From Candidatus Binatia bacterium (GTDB lineage: Bacteria; Desulfobacterota; Binatia; Bin18): 64,000 bases of DNA. The stretch is from contig CAXXHG010000014.1 in NCBI GenBank assembly GCA_963666315.2, positions 96,001-160,000 of the forward strand, in the 5' to 3' direction. A program made the translations under genes and the position numbers. The notes under the pieces were generated by a model. That model was not told the origin of the DNA and searched no databases. It worked only from the letters and a program-made list of their open reading frames with translations. Below, piece by piece: positions 29,731-40,017 of the stretch. Numbering within the stretch: the stretch's first letter is position 1; every line of letters starts with the position of its first letter.

Positions 29731-30948
29731 ATGGCACTATCGCAAGAAGCTCCCTGGTTAAGCGACACGACTCGCCTCTTAGCTACAATCGGATTCACCG
29801 TCTTCGTTGTCCTGACCGCGCTCAGCATGCTGGGTCCATTGCTAGTCGACATGTCACACGACTGGACGACAACGGTCCCCGTAGTTGCCCAACTCGTGAC
29901 TGCGGCTGCGGTCGCCTGGGCGATAACCGCGCTCGTCGTCGGTCCGTTCTCAGATGCCTATGGCCGGAAACCGATTCTTCTTACGGGCGTGTTGCTCATC
30001 AGCCTGGCGTCGATAGGCACAGCGCTCGCACCAAATCTGGCAACAGCCACCGTGTTTCGCATGCTGGCCGGCGTTGGCGGCGGCATGGTGCCTCCCACCT
30101 GTATCGCGTTGATTGGTGATGTAACTCCGGTCGAGCGCCGCGCCATGGGAGTGGCAGTTGTTACAACTCAGCCCGAGCTCAGCAGTGTAGTAGGTGTACC
30201 TCTGGTAACGCTCTTAGCCGCGTATGCCGGTTGGCGAGCCGCCTTCTTCGCTGTGGGCGGCATCTTACTCCTGTGTGCCGTAGTCCTCTTAATCTATACG
30301 CCTCAACGTCAAGGACAACGGAAACCCTTAGTCCTCGGCACTCGGCTCAAACAGGTCGGACGGTTTTCCGTGACGTGGCTGCTGGCGTTTACGAATCTGA
30401 CAGTTCGTACAGCCTATGGGCTGATCATGACCTTCTTTCCGCCTTTTCTCCAAGTGACTTATGGCCTGAATACGGCAGAGCTGGCTCTGCCCATCTCTAT
30501 CGTCGCAGTCGGAACAACGTGCGGCCTCTTCCTCGGCGGAAAAATAGGGAGAAGCCCACACCGTTTATCCCTTGTAGCGATCACCATACTTATTGCCACC
30601 CTGCCCGGCTTGGCCGTCTTTGTGGTGCATGACCAGCTCTGGCTCACAGTCGCCGTTACCAGTGTGTTTATGGTGCTGGTCATGCCCCTGGCCACCCTTT
30701 TATTTGTCGTGGGCACCGAAATAGGCGGAACAGCGAGGGGGACACTAACCGGCATATTGTCCGGGAGCGGTTACGTAAGTTATGCGGTTGGGGCAGGGAT
30801 TGGAGGGCTGGCGGTGGCACACATCGGCTACTTCGTACTGTCCTTTGCACTGGTGATTTCAACCATAGGTAGTAGTTTTCTCTTGACTTTTTTCATTCGC
30901 ACAAAAGCCGAAGACCGTGCCCGGGAGTATTTTCATCAGTCCGAGTGA
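29731..30948 (+). CDS. MFS transporter
   Basis: About 12 hydrophobic segments; motif A GPFSDAYGRK. Confidence 0.9.
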   Translation: MALSQEAPWLSDTTRLLATIGFTVFVVLTALSMLGPLLVDMSHDWTTTVPVVAQLVTAAAVAWAITALVVGPFSDAYGRKPILLTGVLLISLASIGTALAPNLATATVFRMLAGVGGGMVPPTCIALIGDVTPVERRAMGVAVVTTQPELSSVVGVPLVTLLAAYAGWRAAFFAVGGILLLCAVVLLIYTPQRQGQRKPLVLGTRLKQVGRFSVTWLLAFTNLTVRTAYGLIMTFFPPFLQVTYGLNTAELALPISIVAVGTTCGLFLGGKIGRSPHRLSLVAITILIATLPGLAVFVVHDQLWLTVAVTSVFMVLVMPLATLLFVVGTEIGGTARGTLTGILSGSGYVSYAVGAGIGGLAVAHIGYFVLSFALVISTIGSSFLLTFFIRTKAEDRAREYFHQSE

Positions 30949-31039
30949 AGATATGAATCCTCACCCCATTATTGCTGCTGCAGTCCTTCATCTTGAACCG
31001 CGCGGAGCACGCCACCACCTCCGCCGCAATTTCCTTAGT

Positions 31040-32050
31040 TTATTCAAACATAGCGATGCATCGGACTTCGATGCTCCACCGCTCGGGCGCATCGGGGGGT
31101 GTAGACGGATCTGCGAAGGCGGTGTGAAAGCTGAAGGTACACGGCGCTTGCGCGTCATCGCTATCGGCCTGGCGGCCCTCTGAACGGGCGAGAGGCCCGG
31201 CCGAATCCCACTGCTTGATCAGCAGGGCCTCGTCGCGCGTCATCGCCGGGTAGTAATACCACTCATGTCGCAGTCCGTGCTTGGAGAAGTAGTTCTCACC
31301 CACTCGGTCTTGGTAGTGAATCTCAAATACCACCAGGTCTTCGGGGGTGACGCTCTGCGCGTCACACAACGCGAGGGGATGCGTCGCGACTGGCTCCTCA
31401 GCGATATTGCGCCACACGTTGATGATAACGAAGCGTCCACCTTCGTTGAGCGCCCGCTCCGCTTTCTCGGGCTCCAAGAGAGGTTGGAGCGATTGTTCCT
31501 GTTCGATGAGCGAGCGCAGCGTATCGTTGCCGCCGGGAGGTTGCGCGAGTTGTTGTACACGCTCCGGAGCGCTTCGGAGCGTGTAGTCCCCATGAGTGAT
31601 GGAGGCCGGGCCTTGCACCTCCTGCCCGCCGCGAATGCATCGCTTGCTTTGCTTTCCGGCCGCCGAGCGTACATTGTGGTCGAAGGCGAAGACGGAGGGG
31701 GCGCCGGTCGCCTCGCTGACGAGCTGGGTACATTCGCGGTAATAGTCCTGGATGACTTCCTGATGATCGAAAAAGTCGAGATCCAGCCGCTGAAGGGGGT
31801 AGGTAAATAACTCAAAGCCGTTTGTATCGAGACTTCGACGTTCCTCGCCATTGAGCAGTCGGGCGTTATGGACTGTTATCTGCCGCTCATCGAAGATGAC
31901 GCCCTCCATGCCGGTGTCGCTGCCGTCAGCATTGCGTCGTATAAGGAGCTTGCCGTTCCGGTAGAGCGAACTTTGAATAGATGGAGCAAGATAGTTGAGC
32001 CGGCCCGAACTGCCTCTCTCGCTGCTGGCCGGTGCGCTGACTCTGGTCAT
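31040..32050 (-). CDS. CmcJ/NvfI/AsaB-like Fe(II)-dependent oxidoreductase
   Basis: FDHNVR, HGDYT, INVWR, PLALCDA, FHTAF and SIEVR motifs. Confidence 0.75.
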   Translation of the reverse strand: MTRVSAPASSERGSSGRLNYLAPSIQSSLYRNGKLLIRRNADGSDTGMEGVIFDERQITVHNARLLNGEERRSLDTNGFELFTYPLQRLDLDFFDHQEVIQDYYRECTQLVSEATGAPSVFAFDHNVRSAAGKQSKRCIRGGQEVQGPASITHGDYTLRSAPERVQQLAQPPGGNDTLRSLIEQEQSLQPLLEPEKAERALNEGGRFVIINVWRNIAEEPVATHPLALCDAQSVTPEDLVVFEIHYQDRVGENYFSKHGLRHEWYYYPAMTRDEALLIKQWDSAGPLARSEGRQADSDDAQAPCTFSFHTAFADPSTPPDAPERWSIEVRCIAMFE

Positions 32051-32321
32051 GCTTTTCCTTTTCAAGTTGTGATGTTGTGATCAGGTTTTACGATTACGTA
32101 GCGATCAGATTATAATTCTGGATCATATCGCCTGCCAGCCTCGAAGGGCAAGGATACTAGCGGCTCGGAAGGTGTGAGTCCTTACATTTTTTCCACTCTC
32201 TCAATCGCCCCCTACTCTCCTGGACTTCCTGGGCGGGAGCATATTCCTCGCTCTTGACATTTCCATCTATCCCTTGCTTTTGTGTCTTGTTAGCTGCGAG
32301 ACATACCAAGGAGAAATCCCT

Positions 32322-33758
32322 ATGAAGAGACGCATATATTTCAACGCCTTTCATATGAACTGTGTGGTCCATCAGTCGCCCGGCTTGTGGGTTCGAGACG
32401 ACGACCATATGACCGACTACACCGACCTCGATCAGTGGGTCGAATTCGCCAAGATAGTGGAGCGGGGGAAGTTTGATGCCATCTTCTTGGCCGATGTACT
32501 CGGTGTGTACGATGTGTTTCGAGGTAATCGGGATGCCGCGCTGACCGAAGCTACCCAGATACCGGTCAATGATCCGATGCTACTCATCCCAGCCATGGCA
32601 TACGCCACCGAGCATATCGGTTTTGGTTTCACGAGTTCTATATTGCAAAACCATCCATTTACTTTTGCTCGACTCATCTCCACCCTGGATCATCTCACGA
32701 AAGGTCGGGTAGCCTGGAAGATTGTGACCTCGTATCTCGAAAGCGCAGGCCGGAACTACGGCCAGACGGGTTTAGCCGATCATGATGATCGCTATGACAT
32801 GGCGGATGAATACTGCGATGTCTGTTACAAACTGTGGGAAACGAGCTGGGAAGACAATGCCGTGGTGAAAGATGTCGAGCGCGGGATCTACGCCGATCCA
32901 GCCAAAGTCCACGATGTCATGCATGAAGGCAAATATTATAAGGTACACGGTTGCCATCTCGCTGAACCATCTCCGCAACGGACACCCGTGCTCTTCCAGG
33001 CTGGTGCCTCGCCACGCGGCCGTGAGTTTGCCGCTCAGCATGCAGAGTGTGTTTTTGTCATCGGCTCAAAACCCGAGGTCGATGGGCAATATATTCGAGA
33101 CATCCGTAAAATCGCCCGCCAGCGCGGAAGGAACCCCGAGGACATTCTGTGTTTTGCGTATCTGAAGGTGATCACCGCTGAGACCGAAGCCGCAGCCAAG
33201 CGAAAATACGAGGAGTATTTTGAGCAGTGCAGCTACGACGGCGGGCTGGCGCTGTTGAGTGGCTGGACTGGCATTGATTTTGGACAATTTGAACCAGACC
33301 AACCGCTTGAGTATATCGAGACGAATGCAATCCGTACCCTCGTCCACAGCTTTACTGACGGCGATCCACATCGCAAATGGACAATGCGAGACCTCGCCAG
33401 GTATGTCGGCATTGGGGGTGCCGGTCCGGTTTTGGTTGGCACGCCTGAGAGCATTGCCGATCAGTTCGAGGACTGGATTGCCGCTGGTGTAGACGGGTTT
33501 AACCTTGCCTATGCCACAACGCCGGATTCATTTGAGGAGTTTATCGACGGCGTTGTTCCCGTGCTCCAAAAACGCGGACGTATGCAAAAGGAATATCGAG
33601 AAGGCACCTTGCGCGAGAAGCTCTACGGCAAAGGCCCTCGGCTCAGCGTACCGCATCCAGCAGCCCTGCATAGACAAGCGTTTCTAGGGGCTGTGAATGG
33701 TCCGGGTCAGAGCCTGTCGAGCAGTCAGGAAGCGGCAAGCGCGCCGGCTGCAAGGTAG
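32322..33758 (+). CDS. FMNH2-dependent monooxygenase, NtaA/SnaA/DszA family
   Basis: ERGKFDAIFLAD, LDHLTKGR, PSPQRTPVLFQAGAS, VVPVLQKRG. Confidence 0.9.
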   Translation: MKRRIYFNAFHMNCVVHQSPGLWVRDDDHMTDYTDLDQWVEFAKIVERGKFDAIFLADVLGVYDVFRGNRDAALTEATQIPVNDPMLLIPAMAYATEHIGFGFTSSILQNHPFTFARLISTLDHLTKGRVAWKIVTSYLESAGRNYGQTGLADHDDRYDMADEYCDVCYKLWETSWEDNAVVKDVERGIYADPAKVHDVMHEGKYYKVHGCHLAEPSPQRTPVLFQAGASPRGREFAAQHAECVFVIGSKPEVDGQYIRDIRKIARQRGRNPEDILCFAYLKVITAETEAAAKRKYEEYFEQCSYDGGLALLSGWTGIDFGQFEPDQPLEYIETNAIRTLVHSFTDGDPHRKWTMRDLARYVGIGGAGPVLVGTPESIADQFEDWIAAGVDGFNLAYATTPDSFEEFIDGVVPVLQKRGRMQKEYREGTLREKLYGKGPRLSVPHPAALHRQAFLGAVNGPGQSLSSSQEAASAPAAR

Positions 33759-33771
33759 GCAGCCATGTGGT

Positions 33772-33801
33772 GTCGGATTACGCTGCGCTAGTCCGACCTA
33801 C
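33772..33801 (-). repeat. GTAG-type REP palindrome
   Basis: Minus strand GTAG-GTCGGACTA-GCGCAGCG-TAATCCGAC. Confidence 0.7.
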
Positions 33802-33858
33802 GAGACTCGTAAAGCGATACGCCTCCTGTTGTCCACGGACATGTCACCGAGTGGGTAG

Positions 33859-34290
33859 CTAAGACAGGCTCGTCACATAGGCCGCTATGTTGATGGGGCC
33901 GAGGGGAGCGGCCATGGCGGCTAAGCGAGCCATTTCTTGGCAAAAGCGCGGGCCGTGGTGCACGTTGGTCGCCGCGTGGGCCATTTCATGCAGGAGGATG
34001 CCTTCTGCCTTGGGGAAGGGGAAGGCCTCCAACAAGATCCGGCGCTGCTTTTTGTCGCAGTAGCCGGCCATGTATTTACTTAGGTCAGCGGGCACCCCAG
34101 GCACGATGAGTGGATCGTGGACCGTGATCCGGTAGGGTGGCAGCGTACTAGCGAAGTAGCAGCGGTTGAGCCGTTCGAAGTGGCGCTGATATTGCCCTGT
34201 CCATTCGGCGAGTTGTGCGGCCGTGGCGGTGTAGGACTTGCGATCCTTCCAAGTTGAAATTGTGGAAATTGTAGAAATCTCTACCCCCAT
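33859..34290 (-). CDS. SprT-like zinc metalloprotease domain protein
   Basis: F..LN..YF, AGYC and LLHEMAH...HHGPRF; GAGGA SD. Confidence 0.75.
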   Translation of the reverse strand: MGVEISTISTISTWKDRKSYTATAAQLAEWTGQYQRHFERLNRCYFASTLPPYRITVHDPLIVPGVPADLSKYMAGYCDKKQRRILLEAFPFPKAEGILLHEMAHAATNVHHGPRFCQEMARLAAMAAPLGPINIAAYVTSLS

Positions 34291-34441
34291 TTATTCCTCG
34301 CTTAAGTCTCGATAAGGAGGGCCTCACCGGTATCCGCTAACGCATAGGGGTGCGATCCAAGGGCAACCCACCCCGGCGCTACGATCCCTCCAACAGGAGG
34401 GGAGCTCATGGGTAGGCTCTCAGCAGTAATATGAATGGAAA

Positions 34442-35440
34442 CTACGCCGCCAGCATCCACTTGGCTATGCGTAGCATGTCCTTGGGATTCTCGGGCAGCT
34501 TGCGCATGACTGAGGCTTCAAAGCCCGAGTGCATGAGACAGTTTTGACACAGGGCGTCTTCGCGTTTTTCCCAGTAGTCCCAATCGACCCCGTTCCAGAA
34601 TTCGTCCCAGGTTTTAAAATATTTCTTGCCGATTAAGTAGCACGGGTCCTTCCAGCCAAAGGGCGTCCGGGTGACGTTGCCCCACGGGGTGCAGGGATAG
34701 TCCCGTTCGCCAGCGGCAAATTCGAGGAAAAGCGGTGTCAGCGAAATATTATAGCGTTCGGATAGCGCCAAGACTTGTTTGAACTTCTGGTGAATCTCTT
34801 CTTTATACATGAAGTGGTTAGTCTCAAGCGCTTCGTAGTGATAGCCGGGTGAAATCATCATGCCGTCGATGCCGAGTTGGGTCAGCATCTCACACATCTC
34901 TTCGACCTCTTCCATGCTCGTTTCACGGAACACCGTAGTGTTGGTGCAAACCGAGTAGCCGAGCTGTTTACCGACCTTGATCATTTCAACAGCTTTGTCG
35001 AACACGCCCGGCTTGTCACACACAAAGTCGTGCGTGTCACGCATGCCATCCAGGTGGACATTGATGGATAGGCGCTTGTGCGGTTCGCTTTTTCCGTAAA
35101 ACCGTTCTAGCAAAATCCCGTTCGTACACAGATAGATATGGCACTTGCGGTCAATAATGCCGTCTACAAGTTCAGACAGCTCTGGATAAACGGTTGGTTC
35201 TCCGCCGCAAATCGACACAACCGGCGTACCGGACTGATCCACAGCTTCAAAACATTCATCTAAGGAGAGCCGATCTTTGATATCGCCTTGGTGACGCTCC
35301 GGCGTACAGCCTACACAGGCGAGATTACATGTGTATAAGGGCTCAAGCATGAGTACAATGGGATAACGGGACTGTCCTCGTAGCTTGTTCTTGAGCTGCC
35401 ATTTTATCATGTCAGTAGTAATATGTAGTGGAAACCGCAT
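34442..35440 (-). CDS. hpnH: Radical SAM adenosylhopane synthase (hopanoid biosynthesis)
   Basis: LMLEPLYTCNLACVGC, GGEP, CTPWGN, C..C.MHSGFE. Confidence 0.88.
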   Translation of the reverse strand: MRFPLHITTDMIKWQLKNKLRGQSRYPIVLMLEPLYTCNLACVGCTPERHQGDIKDRLSLDECFEAVDQSGTPVVSICGGEPTVYPELSELVDGIIDRKCHIYLCTNGILLERFYGKSEPHKRLSINVHLDGMRDTHDFVCDKPGVFDKAVEMIKVGKQLGYSVCTNTTVFRETSMEEVEEMCEMLTQLGIDGMMISPGYHYEALETNHFMYKEEIHQKFKQVLALSERYNISLTPLFLEFAAGERDYPCTPWGNVTRTPFGWKDPCYLIGKKYFKTWDEFWNGVDWDYWEKREDALCQNCLMHSGFEASVMRKLPENPKDMLRIAKWMLAA

Positions 35441-35472
35441 ACCATTCCTCTCCGCTAAGCCGTTCTCATTGT

Positions 35473-35488
35473 CTGACCGTTCGGTCAG
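35473..35488. promoter_or_regulatory. Palindrome, possible repressor site upstream of hpnH
   Basis: CTGACCG-TT-CGGTCAG in a divergent intergenic region. Confidence 0.4.
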
Positions 35489-35588
35489 GGAATACTACCC
35501 ACCCTAATCAAAGCTGGCAAGAGGGAAAGTTTCGATAATATGAGATTTGGTGCTTTACAAGTTTTTGGGCCTTGGTCAGAATAGGGGC

Positions 35589-35906
35589 ATGACAAAAAAG
35601 CAGACGACGGGTAGAGGGAACGGAGGCGGTGGAGGAAAAGGCAAGGCTCTGCTGGGGGAGCTCAAGGGCGTGGCTGAGCAGTTGGGTATCCGGGTGCGTG
35701 AGGAGAAATTGCTCCGAGAGGTCGGGTATCGGGTTCGAGGTGGAGGCTGCCGGGTGCACGATCAGGACATCGTCTTCTTGGACCGAGAGCGACCGCTTGC
35801 CGAGCGCATTGAGGTCTTGCTTGATGAACTCTCGCAGCGAAATCTGAACGTTGAGACACTCTCGCCGTCCGTGCGACGCCTGTTAAACGGGAGCGCCGCG
35901 TTGTGA
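35589..35906 (+). CDS. Conserved hypothetical protein
   Basis: L..VAEQLGIRVREE...GGCRV pattern; 4-bp overlap with the Fur-family gene. Confidence 0.7.
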   Translation: MTKKQTTGRGNGGGGGKGKALLGELKGVAEQLGIRVREEKLLREVGYRVRGGGCRVHDQDIVFLDRERPLAERIEVLLDELSQRNLNVETLSPSVRRLLNGSAAL

Positions 35907-36367
35907 GTGATCGGCTCGAAACCTTTCGGCTCTGGATCAAAGATCAAGGGCTAAAGACAACCGCTCAGCGAGAAGACATCGCCCAGGTATTCTTTTCAGT
36001 GAAGCGACATATCAGCGTGGAAGAGCTGTATAGCGAGGTGCGTACTATAAACTCTCGGGTCGGCTATGCCACGGTCTATCGGACCCTCAAGCTCCTGAAA
36101 GAATGCGGACTGGCCGAAGAGCGGCATTTTGCCGATGGGCAGGCACGCTTTGAAAATGTCGAGGACCACAACCACCACGATCACCTGATTTGTGAACGCT
36201 GTGGGCGGATTGTCGAATTTGTGCAACCTCGTATTGAAGAACTGCAAGAAGAAGTCGCGCAGCGCTACGGCTTTGTCGCAACCACGCACAAGACGGAAAT
36301 CTACGGCATCTGCCAGGAATGCCGCGAAGGCTCTGATAACCGCCAGGGGCGGCTCCTGAGCGGCTAG
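35903..36367 (+). CDS. fur: Fur-family metalloregulator
   Basis: T.QR, ATVYRTL, HHDHLICERCG, GICQEC. Confidence 0.88.
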   Translation: MSDRLETFRLWIKDQGLKTTAQREDIAQVFFSVKRHISVEELYSEVRTINSRVGYATVYRTLKLLKECGLAEERHFADGQARFENVEDHNHHDHLICERCGRIVEFVQPRIEELQEEVAQRYGFVATTHKTEIYGICQECREGSDNRQGRLLSG

Positions 36368-37143
36368 GAATCAAGCCGAAACAGCTGCTCGGTATTGCGG
36401 CAGGTGGCTGTCGCCACCTCTTCAAGCGATAGTCCTTTGACGTCAGCAAGCGTTGTTGCCACGTGGCAGACATAGCCGGGCTCATTGCGTTTCCCGCGGT
36501 AGGGCACAGGGGCAAGATACGGACAGTCGGTTTCAATCAACATCCGATTGAGCGGCACGATGGGCACAACGTCCCGTAACGATTGGGCGCTCTTAAAGGT
36601 CACAATCCCGCTGAACGAAATAAACAGGCCCAAATCAAGCAAAGCCTGGGCTTGTGGGATACTGCCGGCAAAGCAGTGCATGACACCCTGGACTTTCCCC
36701 TCACCTTCTTCACCCAGAATAGCGGCCGCTTCCGCATAGGCATCGCGTACATGCATGGATAACGGCAGGTCGAGTTCTCGCGCCAGGCGAATAAAAGCCC
36801 GAAAATGCTTCCGCTGCTCTTCGCGTGGCGAGTGGTCATAATAAAAATCGAGCCCGGTCTCGCCCAGACCGACAACCTTGGGGTCCTGGGCCAATTGCCG
36901 CAATCGCGCATAAGTATCCAGCGTAATGCTGGCTGCATCATGCGGATGTACGCCAACCGTGGCAAAGACGTCGGCATATTCATGGGTCAATGCAACCGCT
37001 CTGTCGTTATGCCAAAACTCGCCCGTGGCACCAATGGTAATAAACCGCGCCACGCCGGCTTCTCGCGCGCGTGCGAGCATAACATCACGATCGTCATCAA
37101 ATTGGTTATCGGTCAGATGGCAATGTGAGTCGGTAAAGTGCAT
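36364..37143 (-). CDS. tatD: TatD family nuclease
   Basis: DSHCH, GVHPH, GETGLD, HCF, ETDCPYLAP. Confidence 0.93.
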   Translation of the reverse strand: MHFTDSHCHLTDNQFDDDRDVMLARAREAGVARFITIGATGEFWHNDRAVALTHEYADVFATVGVHPHDAASITLDTYARLRQLAQDPKVVGLGETGLDFYYDHSPREEQRKHFRAFIRLARELDLPLSMHVRDAYAEAAAILGEEGEGKVQGVMHCFAGSIPQAQALLDLGLFISFSGIVTFKSAQSLRDVVPIVPLNRMLIETDCPYLAPVPYRGKRNEPGYVCHVATTLADVKGLSLEEVATATCRNTEQLFRLDS

Positions 37144-37155
37144 ATTCTTTTAAGT

Positions 37156-38919
37156 CTAGTTCGAAGCCGCCGCCGTTTCTTTTTCCGCTACATCCTCGTC
37201 TAGCTTGACGAACAACGGTTTAGGCGGTTTGAGATCCTGACCTGGGTTGAGCGTACCCGGCTCCCACGTGCCGATGGCCGCACTATTGTCATAGCGCAGG
37301 ACGAGGTGTTCGCCCCGTGCATCCTTGACCGTCTCGGTATACTGGCGTCCAAAGAGCTGCCCGTCATAGCCCAAGAATTCGTGCAGCTGTTGACTGCTAT
37401 GGGGCAAGATCGGAGCCCACAGGATCTTCAGCCAGTCAATGACTTGCAGCGCAACATAGATTGAGGTGGCGGCTTGTTGTGGGTCGGTCTTGATCGTACT
37501 CCACGGCGCCGCATCGTGCAGATACTGATTTGCCCGCTGGCTGAGACGGCGGACTTCGTTCATTGCCGCTTTCAGTTTTGCGCTTTCATACAGCTCTCCC
37601 GCGCTTTGAAAGCCGGCTCTGACTTCATCCAGCAGGCCCTGGTCTTGCCCGCTCAACGCCCCCGGTGTTGGCACGACACCGTCCCAACGCTTATAGGCAA
37701 ACCCTAGCACCCGGTTCACCAGGTTGCCCCAATTGGCCACGAGTTCGTTATTAACCCGTTCAACAAAATCATCCCAGCTAAAATCAACATCGCTGGTCTC
37801 CGGCGCAATAGCCGTGAGCGCGTAGCGCCAGGCGTCGGCCTGGTAGCGTTTCAGCACGTCCAGAATGCTAATGATGCGTCCCTGGCTTTTGCTGAACTTG
37901 CGACCATACATATTGAGAAATTCGTTGGCCGGGACATCATAGGGGAGATTCATGTCTTGGAGGGCGATTAACATCGCCGGCCACATCATGGCGTGGAAGG
38001 GAATATTGTCCTTGCCAATAAAGTTATAGATGCGGGCGTCGGGATTGGTCTTGGCGTCCCACCACTGGCGCCATTGCTCAGGCGTATTATTGAGTTGCGC
38101 CCACTCGGTCGTAGCGCTTAAATACCCTATCACCGCGTCGTACCACACATAGATGCACTTGTGTTCCGTATCCGGTAGTGGAATCGACACCCCCCAGTCC
38201 ATATCACGCGTAATCGGCCGTCCGCGCAGCTTGATCTGTTCGACCTGCGTGCGGGCAAAATGAATCACATTCGGCCGCCAATGTGTTTTCCCGTCTTTAA
38301 GCCACGCCAGCAGCGGTTCCTGAAGTTTCGACAGGTCCAGGAAGTAATGTTCAGTTTCGCGAATCTCGAGGTCGGTATTGCCGCTAATCCGCGAGCGGGG
38401 CTGTTTCAGTTCCACTGCCTCATACGTTCGCCCGCACTGATCACACTGATCGCCGCGGGCTTCATCCGAGTCGCAAAAGGGGCAGCGGCCTTCTACATAA
38501 CGATCCGGCAAAAAACGATGCGCTGTGCCGTCGTAGAGCTGTTGTTGGCTGTCTTTATAGATATACCCAGCCTCAAGATGACGCCGAAACATCTGCTGCG
38601 TGACATCCCAATGGTTCTGCGTATCCGTATGCGTAAAGAGGTCAAATGTCAGTCCGAGCTTGAGATAACTGTCCACAAAGGTGGCATGAAAACGATCAAC
38701 AATTTCTGCCGGACTGACACCCTCGGCTTCTGCCCGGACCGTAATGGGCGTACCGTGCGCGTCGGAGCCACTCAGCATCAGCACGCTCTTGCCGCGCATG
38801 CGCTGGAAGCGGGCAAAAATATCGGGCGGCAAATACGCCCCGGCAATATGGCCGATGTGTTGTTCGCCATTTGCGTACGGCCAGGCGACTCCGACTAATA
38901 GGTGCTGTGGTTGGTCCAT
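37156..38919 (-). CDS. metG: Methionine--tRNA ligase (no C-terminal tRNA-binding appendix)
   Basis: AWPYANG..HIGH, GSDAHG, CPFC/CDQC knuckle, YVWYDA, KFSKS. Confidence 0.95.
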   Translation of the reverse strand: MDQPQHLLVGVAWPYANGEQHIGHIAGAYLPPDIFARFQRMRGKSVLMLSGSDAHGTPITVRAEAEGVSPAEIVDRFHATFVDSYLKLGLTFDLFTHTDTQNHWDVTQQMFRRHLEAGYIYKDSQQQLYDGTAHRFLPDRYVEGRCPFCDSDEARGDQCDQCGRTYEAVELKQPRSRISGNTDLEIRETEHYFLDLSKLQEPLLAWLKDGKTHWRPNVIHFARTQVEQIKLRGRPITRDMDWGVSIPLPDTEHKCIYVWYDAVIGYLSATTEWAQLNNTPEQWRQWWDAKTNPDARIYNFIGKDNIPFHAMMWPAMLIALQDMNLPYDVPANEFLNMYGRKFSKSQGRIISILDVLKRYQADAWRYALTAIAPETSDVDFSWDDFVERVNNELVANWGNLVNRVLGFAYKRWDGVVPTPGALSGQDQGLLDEVRAGFQSAGELYESAKLKAAMNEVRRLSQRANQYLHDAAPWSTIKTDPQQAATSIYVALQVIDWLKILWAPILPHSSQQLHEFLGYDGQLFGRQYTETVKDARGEHLVLRYDNSAAIGTWEPGTLNPGQDLKPPKPLFVKLDEDVAEKETAAASN

Positions 38920-38965
38920 ACCTCTCTCCTTGATCTCCCCTCGCGTCTGTCTCCTGATTTCCTCG

Positions 38966-40009
38966 CTACCCGCCTGATACAGGCGCAGCAAGCTGGAGCA
39001 GCATATCCTCGACAGTCAGCCTGGGATTCGCATTCCGTCCTAAGGCTTGGATCGTATCGTACACCAGACGCAGATCGTGCAACGCCTGCGGGACACTCGC
39101 CCCGTGGGTCGTCTGGGCCAGCGCCGACAGGCAGTCCTGGTAGCGAACCACCGCATTCCGGCCGAGCAAAAGATAGCGTAGCGCCTCTTCATACCACGCC
39201 AGGAGCAGCTCTAAACGGGCCCCTCTCTCCAGCCTCTCTGCCCCCCCAGGCTGCTTCTTTACCTTTGGACTCCGGTCAGCGACCAACCACTCAGCCAATT
39301 GGGAGAGCGTTGAAAAAGAGACTCCTCTCAAGCTTGAGAAGTGCTCAACAATCTGCTGGCGTTCCTCGACAAGCAGCTGGGGGTCAAGAGTCAGCGCTTG
39401 GCCAATGCTGCCACGGCTAGAGCGGGACAGCAGGCGCGCGGTGTCCGGATCTTTGTCATATTCGTTGCGCAGACTGCGCAGGAGGGCTTCGACTTCTTCA
39501 ACCGGCAGGAGAGCAAACCGAACCTGCTGGCAGCGAGATAAGAGCGGTGTTGAGAGGGTAGCCGCACTCACCGCCAGCAGCAGCAGAACTGCGTCGCCCG
39601 GCGGTTCTTCAAGGACTTTGAGCAGAGCGCTCTGCGCTTGCGCGGTGAGCACGTGGGCATCATCGAGTATCGCGACCTTCTTCCCGCCCCGAACCGCGCG
39701 CAAGGTCAAAAACTTCTGGATCTCGCGGACTTGGTCGATGCCGAGGCTCTGTTTATCGGGCGGAGTCGTACTGAAGCTATAGTCAGGATGAGTCCCTGCC
39801 ATCACAGACAGACAGGCCGGACAGGACTCGCAGCCGACCTGGGGAGCGTCCTGACACAGCAGGGCCTTTGCGAGCCCCACAGCAGTGCAACGCTTGCCAA
39901 CCCCAGCCGGCCCGGTAAAAAGATAGGCATGGGCAAGTCGGTCTCGAGTGAGCGCGTTGCGCACGATGGCAATAGCCGGGTCTTGGCCCTTGATTTGGTC
40001 GAGCAGCAT
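38966..40009 (-). CDS. holB: DNA polymerase III delta' subunit
   Basis: [13 protein letters not shown], Zn-binding Cys cluster, [12 protein letters not shown]; follows tmk. Confidence 0.92.
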   Translation of the reverse strand: MLLDQIKGQDPAIAIVRNALTRDRLAHAYLFTGPAGVGKRCTAVGLAKALLCQDAPQVGCESCPACLSVMAGTHPDYSFSTTPPDKQSLGIDQVREIQKFLTLRAVRGGKKVAILDDAHVLTAQAQSALLKVLEEPPGDAVLLLLAVSAATLSTPLLSRCQQVRFALLPVEEVEALLRSLRNEYDKDPDTARLLSRSSRGSIGQALTLDPQLLVEERQQIVEHFSSLRGVSFSTLSQLAEWLVADRSPKVKKQPGGAERLERGARLELLLAWYEEALRYLLLGRNAVVRYQDCLSALAQTTHGASVPQALHDLRLVYDTIQALGRNANPRLTVEDMLLQLAAPVSGG

Positions 40010-40017
40010 GGCTTGCT

